From Nemertoderma westbladi (Eukaryota; Animalia; Xenacoelomorpha), in the NCBI GenBank assembly GCA_032718475.1, contig JAUCBJ010003676.1, forward strand, positions 62,001-126,000: DNA of 64,000 nucleotides. The letters run 5' to 3'. Under the pieces are notes generated by a model. The model made no database searches and was not told the origin of the DNA. It saw nothing but the letters and a program-made list of their open reading frames with translations. A program made the translations under genes and the position numbers. This document shows positions 14,490 to 24,240 of the stretch, piece after piece (position 1 is the stretch's first letter; every line of letters begins with the position of its first letter).

Positions 14490-17400
14490 ATGGCGGAGAA
14501 GATGTATAAAGAGTTACGTCAAGGGTTTACGCAAGAACAAGAGCACCAGGCGCCATTCAATCTTTATGGAGCTAAAAACTTTAGTGTGTTTGGAGTGGAG
14601 AGTATGGCTAGGAGTACGGCCAAGCTCGCTAAATCCAAGGCGGACCCGAATGTTACGCGACAGCGGTTGGATGCATACAACAAAAGAACGGAGGAATTAC
14701 GCGCGGAGTACAATGCGTTATATCCCTACGATGCGTTATGCGACGCTAGCGACATTTGCGAGGATCCAGACACCGAAATACGCCGATTGTATCATACGCT
14801 GCAATATTTGACGGTAAACGAACCCTTACCTGCAGCTAGAGACGAATTTGAAGGAATGCATCTTTATAGACGCGCTCGAGGAGCGGATCCAGAGACCAAG
14901 GACGCGTTCTCCATATACAAACTGTTTTATAAATGTGGAGCGTGTATGCGCGAGCAAGACAACGCGATTCCTATGCGGTTGAACTCGGAGAACCCCGAGC
15001 CGATATTAGCGCGATGTTCACACCACCAAAGTCTACGTTACCAAGAAGGCGGATACCCTTTGACAAATCCGTATCATTCGTTTAAAATGAGTGGACCGAA
15101 CGCGGGTGAGATCGTTATTTACGAACCCAAATTAGTCGAACCAGACGTCTACAGCATGGTAGTGGACGAGTCTAATAAGTCGACACAAGAGAAACGGGAA
15201 GCTTTGAGCCTCTACAGGGCGTACAAGGCGTACGAGAAAGGCGAGATCGAGGAGTTCGGCGGAAGGCTCGCGAGCCTACCATTCTATTGGATATCCCACG
15301 ATCAAACCGAACCCAAGGAGATGACACCCGAGCTCTTCGATAGTATCACCTTTGCTCAGCGTTTGTCGCAGAGACTACAGATACCTCATGTCGAGATGAC
15401 GCGAGAACCTCAGCCCCATTCTACTGGAGCGATAGTACCGGTTGCGAGACCAACTAGTTTTCCTATTAGTATACCGACCCGGAAGGAGACAACTTACGAG
15501 ATCCCTATAGTTGAACACCCGGAGATCATCTCGAACCTGGATTTCCTCCCATCGGTTACCTTCGGTGATGTGTTAGAGTCAGCCGAGTTGCGTAAAGTAA
15601 TAGTTCAAAAAATCGTACGCAACGTGCCTCCACATATCACGGACTTTAAGGAAGTGGATCGCGCGGGGACGGATATCGCACCTTGTATCTTGCGAGGATA
15701 TCTGACGAAAACGATTCGATTATGGATCGGAGTTGGAACGTTTGAGACCGACACCGATATCGCGACCAATTGGACCGGTAAACCTATTAGTTTCGATGAT
15801 GAAAAGTCGATTGGGAGAATTTGGAACCCTACCGACGATTTACTCGACGATTGGGACGTGACTAGCCGATCTCTGAAAGAGAATGGTTATATGTTTTACG
15901 ATAATGAAGGAGGAAGCCATCAGCAAAGCCTCACTTCAAAGACTATACAGATTAGAGCACCAGATGGCGTGTTACATGTCTTCAGCCGACAGAGGAGTGA
16001 TAGGAAGATGCCTATGCCGGAAGGAACGACGCAAAGACACGCGATGATAAAACGGATAGTTAAATCCATGGACCTGGCTTGTAGCATAGAAGCTAGGATG
16101 TTGCCAAAGGCCGTGCGAGACGTTGTGTTGGATAAGAGCATCGTCAAGATCGGATCCGGTGTACGGGATGACCTCATTAGCGACTTTGCAGGGATGCCCA
16201 CGGAAGAGGACCGATTGCCTACGCCATACGTGGATACTAGACCATTGTTGCTTTGGGCTATTGAGCAAGGATATTTTAGGGAGTATAACACGCTAAAAAC
16301 TGGGACGGGTTATATCTCATATCTAATGTTCAGTTGGGATTACAAGGAGAGTAAGAGGAACAAATACACGGACGTATACGGAGAGGGAGATACCCCCGGC
16401 GTAAACGAGTTCGAGTCACAGTTGAAGTGGCGAGGTTGCGTGTATTGGGCGATTACTTCACCTCCGCGGATAATCTTGCAATACTATTTAGCGATAGAAT
16501 CTTCGGTTAACGTTTGTTTCATCGCGGACGTAGTATCCAGAACCCTAAAGCGACACCCGTTATGTCTTGGCGAAGGACATACCTTTTACGATGGAGGAAG
16601 GACGCATACTGATGTATTCCGACGATTTCTCCAACCCTTTTATAACACCGATGCGCACTGCGAAGTTTTCACGCGAGCGGGACTTAGCGTTTTCAGGGAC
16701 GTCTATCTCACTCACGCGGGAAGTCTAGTTGACAGACCGTCGATGTTAACGTTAGTACCCTACGACGGGGAACGCCACGCGGAATTCGAACGCCCGGAAG
16801 GATCCTGGAAGGCTCGCGAGCCTACCGCCCATCATGACGATGTGGATCCGACCGAGTTGGCGCTAATAGACGAACCGTTACGGCAACTCATAGAAATAGA
16901 GGAGAACCTTCCGAGGAAGACGCGAACTGAGATACGCGAGTTGGAGAAAAGCGATGCCATGGTTTGTGTACAACCTACGGAGACGAACATACCGACTGAC
17001 CCGGATGATGAAAATTATCACGTGGACGGTAGCGCTCGCCCCATCGGAGATCTCATCTATGAGCGAGTTTGGTATCCTGCCAACACTATTTGTGGCAGAT
17101 GTGGAGCAACTGGCCATCACGCAAAGAAGTGCGGAGCGAAGCACATATCTCTACCGGATTTAGTATGCAACTGGTGCGGGGATCAACGTTCGCACACTTT
17201 CTACACTTGCTGGCGTTTCGTGGCGCAGTGTACTTATTGTAATATTAAGGGCCATAGGGCATCCGAATGTCAACTTAGAGACGTCCCCTTTGAGCACATG
17301 TCAGTTAAAATCGTTCGACAATTATTCGACCATTGGGAGGATCTAGCAGACGAGCATGTATCGACGCAGCGACGCCGCTTCCCTATGAGAGCACATTTGG

Positions 17401-17831
17401 GATTTTGGGCCTTAAACTCTCTCATAATGTCAAAGGAAGGATATGTATCGGCTATGCCTCAGTACGATGAATTGTTGGAGGTATTGGATATATTGCCGTT
17501 GGACAGTGGATTCAAAGTTGTGCGGGACTATTTCTTACAAGTGCACCCCGACAACAAGAATACTTGGAACTTTCAAACTGTGGTGAACAAGATTACAGCC
17601 GGAGAATTCGATAAACTGCGAGTTGAACAGCGGAATCGAGGAGCCTGGCATTCGATAGCTTGGGCATACCGGAGCGCATTTTATCACAAACGCGTAACCT
17701 CGTGCATTCCGGACGAGACCGACGTTTTGCGTGAGACTGGCTTCAAGGCCACGCCGTTAGCAGAGAAGACGCGTCACCCACAGGATGATCAGCAATTTCG
17801 TATACTCAAAGCCCAGAAGGCCGGACAATAG
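14490..17831 (+). CDS. BEL-1 accessory ORF: unknown N-terminal domain + DEDD 3'-5' exonuclease (WRN/RNase D-like) + three zinc knuckles; same frame resumes past one TAG to 18245
   Basis: ExoI-like FYDNEG (~15894), TIQIRAPDGVLHVF, ExoII-like LPKAVRDVVLDKSIVKIGSGVRDD, YVDT, ExoIII-like YYLAIE; knuckles CGRCGATGHHAKKC, CNWCGDQRSHTFYTC, CTYCNIKGHRASEC. Confidence 0.8.
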   Translation: MAEKMYKELRQGFTQEQEHQAPFNLYGAKNFSVFGVESMARSTAKLAKSKADPNVTRQRLDAYNKRTEELRAEYNALYPYDALCDASDICEDPDTEIRRLYHTLQYLTVNEPLPAARDEFEGMHLYRRARGADPETKDAFSIYKLFYKCGACMREQDNAIPMRLNSENPEPILARCSHHQSLRYQEGGYPLTNPYHSFKMSGPNAGEIVIYEPKLVEPDVYSMVVDESNKSTQEKREALSLYRAYKAYEKGEIEEFGGRLASLPFYWISHDQTEPKEMTPELFDSITFAQRLSQRLQIPHVEMTREPQPHSTGAIVPVARPTSFPISIPTRKETTYEIPIVEHPEIISNLDFLPSVTFGDVLESAELRKVIVQKIVRNVPPHITDFKEVDRAGTDIAPCILRGYLTKTIRLWIGVGTFETDTDIATNWTGKPISFDDEKSIGRIWNPTDDLLDDWDVTSRSLKENGYMFYDNEGGSHQQSLTSKTIQIRAPDGVLHVFSRQRSDRKMPMPEGTTQRHAMIKRIVKSMDLACSIEARMLPKAVRDVVLDKSIVKIGSGVRDDLISDFAGMPTEEDRLPTPYVDTRPLLLWAIEQGYFREYNTLKTGTGYISYLMFSWDYKESKRNKYTDVYGEGDTPGVNEFESQLKWRGCVYWAITSPPRIILQYYLAIESSVNVCFIADVVSRTLKRHPLCLGEGHTFYDGGRTHTDVFRRFLQPFYNTDAHCEVFTRAGLSVFRDVYLTHAGSLVDRPSMLTLVPYDGERHAEFERPEGSWKAREPTAHHDDVDPTELALIDEPLRQLIEIEENLPRKTRTEIRELEKSDAMVCVQPTETNIPTDPDDENYHVDGSARPIGDLIYERVWYPANTICGRCGATGHHAKKCGAKHISLPDLVCNWCGDQRSHTFYTCWRFVAQCTYCNIKGHRASECQLRDVPFEHMSVKIVRQLFDHWEDLADEHVSTQRRRFPMRAHLGFWALNSLIMSKEGYVSAMPQYDELLEVLDILPLDSGFKVVRDYFLQVHPDNKNTWNFQTVVNKITAGEFDKLRVEQRNRGAWHSIAWAYRSAFYHKRVTSCIPDETDVLRETGFKATPLAEKTRHPQDDQQFRILKAQKAGQ

Positions 17832-18898
17832 ATTAAGAAGATAGCTAATGTCGCCGAGAGGACGACATCGAAGTCGCAAATCTGGATGACTCGGGGCACG
17901 GTTTCCCTTGCTAGAGAACCACGCGGAGGGACAGGATACGCTTTGACTGAACCCATTAGGATTCAAACGACGTCAGAGAGCGAGGTGTCAACGGACGGAA
18001 CGGTCCTACCCTTTCGACTTCCTCCTAGCGTTGTAGAGACTCGATCCGATGTTAAGCCGACAGTTGGAATCGGACGAGGATTTAGAGGATTGAGCGCACG
18101 ACGGATGTGCGAAACTCCCGTCGTCCCCTTTCCTAGTGTTTTGGAACCACCGACGACTCGACGCCGAAGTCCGAGCCCAGTTCGACCTCGACCACCCCCC
18201 AATCGCACTAGAGGACGTGGACGAGCCCGCTCAGCGAAGGAATAGGAAGCGAGTGGAAGGAAGGCTTGCGAGCCTACCGATTTGGATATTTCATTTGGAT
18301 ATTATATTTGGATATTTATTTGGATACTTATATTTGGATATTATATTTGGATATTTATATTGGACATTATATTTGAATGTTGGGTTTGGAGGAGCGAGAT
18401 ATGGAAAGGAAGGCTTGCGAGTCTACCGTTAGCAATTAATGCTCAGGAGAAGATATCCAGACCAGCAGGACGAACTTTTAAGATCGTCATGAGGACATTA
18501 TTTGGAAGTTATTAGCGCATTGTGTTTATATTATATTTGAACTGATTTAATTTGGTGAAGGTTTATTATGTATATTTACAATATATAAAGATTTATCGAA
18601 AAGGTTACAATTATTTGTTCGATTTGTTTTGATTTATTTGTTCTGATTTGTTTAATTTGCTTACCTTGATAACCGAAAGCCTTTTTTTTTGTATTTTAGG
18701 CACTAAAGTTAATTAGTAAATTTGTATTTGTATGTACGATCGATTGTATTTACGCCGTATCTGCAATATTAAGTATGCAATAATTAGATAGTGATTATAT
18801 TTATATTTTAGGCCCTACCAGTAGATTTAGAAGTAGTTTGTAAATATTTTATATTTCGATTGGTGAAAACAGTCTTACTTACTGTTTTCATGGAGCGG

Positions 18899-19310
18899 TG
18901 ATGAATTATTTCACTATAAGGTAGCATTTGTAGTTTAACTTTAACGTAAAAACTTTCGAAAATCCAACGCATTTTGATTAAGTTACAGTAATGTAATATG
19001 CCTATTCATATTTGTACACATAAAACCCTTAGGTACTCTCGTGGTGTAGTGGTCAGATGGTTAAGGCGTTGGTTACATTACAGATAGGTTACGAGTTCGA
19101 ATCCCGGTCGGGAAATTTGTATTTTGGGGCCATTTATTTTCGTTTGGTGCTAATTGGTGGACCAATGAGAAGCGTACAACGTAGCGAATGATGAGCCAGG
19201 CCAATCATAGGGCATAAATTATCTTATTGCTCAAATGTGAGGCAGTGGAAAATTCTGTTAGGATTCCATGTCCCAGATTAGTGTAAGGGCCGGATTGCGT
19301 TGAATGATGA
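18899..19310 (+). repeat. BEL-1 3' LTR, left part
   Basis: Starts TG directly after the PPT; its ~115-bp CCAAT-containing unit (~19190-19305) continues as a second copy after BEL-2 at 35847-35960. Confidence 0.75.
19036..19113 (+). other. tRNA-derived sequence (Pol III box A/box B) inside the BEL-1 LTR
   Basis: GTGGTGTAGTGG (box A, 19041), GGTTAAGGCG, GTTCGAATCCC (box B, 19095); imperfect cloverleaf, no credible anticodon arm. Confidence 0.6.
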
Positions 19311-21537
19311 TGTTAAACAACCGCGACACCTATACTAACAGCAGAACTGTTGAACAGACAAATACCCGTATACCTCTCTGCCAACCTAATGAGCTCTCGC
19401 CTAACCAATAAGACACAAAGACTGCTCTACTGTTAAGTAAAGGGGATCAGGAGTGTGCTATTACTAAATTGTAAGGGTTGCTAAATACAAAACCGCTACT
19501 TACCGTTGGATGGCGCTAATCTGCCGTCCGCTAATATATTTTACTAAATTTACACAACTCCTGCAAAATCGCTTGTTCCTTTCTCTACCGATCGCTCGAT
19601 AGAGAGCTAACTGTTCGAATCTATGAGCCACGCGGGAATAACCAAAACAATAAACCCGAGTCGGCTCCCTAAGCTTACTTAAGACGAGTGCGAGGGGCTT
19701 TGCACTCAGAGTATATTCTTACGCCTAATTTTACCACTGAAATACGCTAATGCCTACGTCTTTTCTAATCGCGAATACTGGGGGTTCCCTAACGGAATGT
19801 GTGAATGCGAGAATATTTAAAATAATCAAAATGGTACAGTACAATGTCTTTCGTAGGTGATACCGCTCTGGGTCTAAACTTGCCTGCAGCTGGCTTTAGG
19901 CCAGCAACTCACTAGTGTCTTGCGTACTGACTATTGCGATCTAGTTTATTACCCGCTAATGCAAATAACCGCTTAGCGTGAATAGTTTACAGTACTCTAA
20001 TTATTACCTTAGCTACTCTCCGCTATGCTGCGTACTAATTCTTAATTTTTACTAATCAATTACAGTCACAAATATGTAACAGCGTACTAATTACTAAGAG
20101 TTCCAGAATGCGTAATTCTAATTTATTACGCAACAGGTTTCGCTAGTAATAGCCTAAATTGCCGTATTACTTTGACCTAAGCAGTAGTTAATTGTTGTAA
20201 CTAAGAAATAGAAATCAATCAAAAGGGAATGGGGTGCCTACCTAAGCATTCGTAATCATAGGCACACTTCAGTAACACACCAATCAGCATCAGCAATCAC
20301 AGATCACAATAGTACAACTTGCAATTATACAATCTGCAATTATATAATTCGCAACATAATAATTCGCAATTGACTAATTCGCAATCTACTTACTCGCAAC
20401 TTACTTACTGTAAGGTATGCAGGCCCCTCCCGGGTACATCTAGGCTTCCTAACTAACCCAATTCCTGCCCCCTAATACTAAATAGAGACAAAACCTGGAT
20501 CATCAGCCCCCTAATTACTGTACCAGCGAGCGGTCTCCAACCTACAGTCCAAATCGCCCGACCGCAACGTTGACCCCCGCCAGCGTTGCCCGCTTTTGAA
20601 TCCTCCGCTCTCCCTAGTCGCTCAACCCCCCGATGTGCCCACCGCCCACTGGCACCTTAGCCCTTCATTATGCTAATAGCTACCGTAGCGGCGCATGCAA
20701 ATCACAAAGTCTGACAGTCTCAGAAATCCCTTAGGATTATTGCGCAGAAAGGAATCACATAGAACCATTAATCAAAAGTAGAAATCATAGTTCAGTTGTA
20801 ATTAGCAGTAATCGAAGGAATTAATTGAGAAACACAATCGAGAGTAATCGCACTAGCAAATCATTCCAAGAAATTAATCAAAATTAGCAAATTGCAGAAA
20901 ATACGCTAAAATATCCGTCAAAAATTGAATAGGGACAGCTCAGCAAGTACAAAGATGATAGCAGATCATGTGAGGTGTCATGGGGCAGATTGGTAAGGCT
21001 CTACCGGCACACCGCCAATTTATAGGTGATCCGGGTGGGTGATGCAATAGGGTGACTCAATCGCTCTCCTATTGGCTCTCCAGTCCGTGCTAGCATTAGA
21101 CCAACCTGGAAGCAGTTAGTCCAATAAGGAGGCCGGATTGTAGCCCTATTGCTCCCCAACCTCAAATTATTACCATATATGGTAATGGTTCACGTCCCTG
21201 GCTGCTGAATGGCCAGGACAGCGTCCCTATATGCTAGCCCTATCGATGCTAATATCAGCAAGCACAAAATCCAGGGTCCGAATAAACTTGCTACCCTGGA
21301 ACTATCTACATATATCCTAATACAAAATTACGTAGGTAGGGCTACATACTATACAAAATGGATGGATTCAAAATATATGGGCGTTTCGATTTCCCTATCT
21401 AAATATCATTGCGTTATTATGCCTTATCTAAAATATTATGCTGCACAACGGACTAATATTACATACAGTATAACGGACTAATATTGTGTACAGTATAACG
21501 ACTAATATATGTGGATACAGCGCCATATACCGTAACA
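19311..21537 (-). repeat. BEL-2 3' LTR (2227 bp)
   Basis: Near-identical to 33619-35846 (about ten differences by eye). Confidence 0.95.
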
Positions 21538-22411
21538 CCGCTCCAAGGGAAATCATACAATGTTTCCCTCCAATTGTAGAAGAGTATAAGGTGATGTATA
21601 CAAACAAAATAAATTTCTTCCAAATAATCTAGAAAACACAATAATTCTACTATTTACAAATATTGCCATAGATATTGCATAATGAATTTACATACAAATT
21701 AAAATTACAAAATATTATCTCTCTCAATGTTAACGATTATTACATACAAATTAAATTTACAAAAATACTGTTTCTCATTCGTTCTACATAATGATTACTA
21801 CATACAAAATTAAATTACAAAAATATTACTTCCTTTATTTATTTACAAATTGACTGTCTACCTATTGAAATGGAACATGGCTAGGACAATGTCCCCCATT
21901 TCCCATCTCAAATTAACGATCAACATTAACAAGATAAACTAAATATAAACGTATTTGAGGCTAAATTTTTAACTAAATTGCATTAAAGGCCGATAATCAA
22001 ATTAAATATAAAATACGTAATAATTTCTTTCATTTTCGGACTTTACTTAATTTCTTATAAAAAACGCAAATCATCTTGGTTTGATGATTGCTCAGGTAAG
22101 TGAAAGGAGTAAGCCAAACCCGCGGGTTTGTCTCCCCAATCACTTCCTTTGCCTCTTTCAATAAACTTTAGAGCAAATAAAGTCATATACACAAAATCAA
22201 ATATAATATAGGCTCAAAATCATATTTCCAACGGACTATAAAATAAAATTATTTCCTTTCAATATTTTTCGGCCTTCGAAAATAAAACTCTAAAATATGG
22301 ATACGACTAGTGTATATGAGTCCAGTCGAATGATTGATCAAAACCTACGATATGCATCAGAGCGACGATGATGTATATGTCTAGAGTTTGACGCTCCGTG
22401 ATATTATAGTC

Positions 22412-23512
22412 TCATCGGCTAGCTCCTGGGTCTCTCGGGCTCGCTCCCTTCTCCAGATACACCAGTCTACCCCCTGTAGACTCTGTTGACGGCGTCCTTG
22501 AGGCGTCACTTCCCGGAACCGGCGACGACGTTCCCTGGGCACTGACTATCTCCCGACTGGTGCTCCTCCCTCGGCCTCGTCCCATTTGCCGTGTCCCTGT
22601 GGGCGCCTCCGCCAACTCCTCTTTCTTCAACTTTATAGAATGGAACTGCTCGTCCTTGGCTTGACGCTTGCCAAGGACTCCTCCTTCTGGTACTTGCCGC
22701 GAGCTGTGAGGTCCGGCTGTTGTCTCTGTGGGCGCGGCGGTCCTGATCCTCCACTCGTTCAGAGGTCAATGACCCCAAACGAGTCTCCTTAGGCCGCCAA
22801 TTGTGCGCTGGGTAATAAATCTAGACGTATATATCAGAGCGACGATGATATATAAAGGATTGGACATATTCGGGCTTAATAATGCGTTCGTCGAAACTTC
22901 CCGAAATAATTTGGAGTAAATATCGTATAAATCGCGGATCGTGGGTATGGTTAGTAGACGGATGGACTGCGCGAATCTCGTCTGGATACTCAGGCGTGAC
23001 CTTCCTTTCCTGGTGAAGCGAAGTGAACGTGGTCCAGGAACTCGAGTCCCGTGCCGCTTCGCGCCGCGCCTCTAGGTCTTTATAGGCTCGGTATAGCGAA
23101 ATGGCCGCCACCGTGTCTATCAAAGCGGGTGTCGAACAGGTTTAATCTCCGTATACGGATCTAATGTCGTAACGGTCGGCGTAATGGGTCTCGGAGTTCG
23201 CTTTCCGCTGAAGTCGATACTGATCATCGGGTTGCTCATCGGGTAACCTCCCTCGTTATATCTAAGGAACTGGTGAGCTTGACATCGCGTTAATATCGGT
23301 TCTGGATGTTGCTCGTCTAGTCGGTCGGGAATCGTGGGTTTGTATTTCCCATTTAGCTCCATCACCAACCGCCCATGGTAGTAAACGTTCGAATCTTTAC
23401 ATCCCGGTCGCGCGAATGGTAACTCCGCCTCCTCTCTGGCAGTAAATCCTCTGCGCGGTTGCGCTCTAATATCCTTCTCCATTATGCCCGCGTATATACA
23501 TATATATCCCAA
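22412..23512 (-). pseudogene. BEL-2 accessory ORF remnant (internally deleted, frameshifted homolog of the BEL-1 accessory ORF)
   Basis: IPDRLDEQHPEPILTRCQAHQFLRYNEGGYPMSNP matches BEL-1 IPMRLNSENPEPILARCSHHQSLRYQEGGYPLTNP; ISLYRAYK vs LSLYRAYK; RRGFT vs RQGFT; RG-rich tail. Confidence 0.85.
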
Positions 23513-24240
23513 TAAGTGTTCCGTTACGCAAACCAGTTACACCGTGGGTAATCAGTTAGATGTCGCAGAAGGACAGACCTCCCGAACCCCCCCCCCCGCC
23601 TTCCAGCAGTTCAGGTTCGACTCTCTAGATCCCGTCTCTTCCTAACTAACTATCCTCTAACCTATTCCCATGCATAGCGCAAAACTTTGGAGATAAACTG
23701 GCCGTGACCAACTTACTTTTTGATGCCCAAACTACTCCCATTACTCGTACTAAACTACAGTAGTTAGAAAGGACTATAGCCACAATACTCGACTATACCA
23801 AACCCACAGGTTTGATAATCGAACATCACACATCCTGCAAACTACTGAGTGGGGTCCATGTACGCCTCTGGTGCTACTAACCTTTAGCACCTTAGTTGCA
23901 CTGTTGGCACCAATCTGTGGAAGTTGCTAAACTCAATTTACACTCCTATGTAATATAGCCGTCACCATGGTTTCTAAATGCTATTTTCCAGGCTTCACGA
24001 CTTTTCAAATTACTGTTTATCTATAGACGAATTCTAAAACGCGTCTATACACAGCGTCTGGAATTGTCTTGGGTTCACTTTTCTAATTTTAAAATTTTAA
24101 TTTTTCCAAAAATTTTGAAAATAAAATTTTGTTTTGATACCCACCAGACAAAACTCAACGCAAATCACCACAACCCCGCTCCTATGCATTTCCTTGTATT
24201 TGCATACGAGGAATGCATACGAAGTGAGTTGCGTCCAACA

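Noticed and set aside
14490-17831. Accessory ORF as an env glycoprotein
   Set aside because: No evident signal peptide or transmembrane segment; nuclease and knuckle motifs instead.
19036-19113. Functional tRNA gene
   Set aside because: Extended D region and poor anticodon and acceptor stems; kept only as tRNA-derived.
19282-19289. TGTAAGGG as an alternative LTR start matching CCCTTACA at 37746
   Set aside because: It lies inside a tandem unit, aligning with the TATA box of the second copy, and has no PPT or TSD; the PPT points to 18899.
21209-21481. 90-aa ORF duplicated exactly at 35518-35790
   Set aside because: Identity follows from the LTR duplication; antisense to BEL-2, with no motif.
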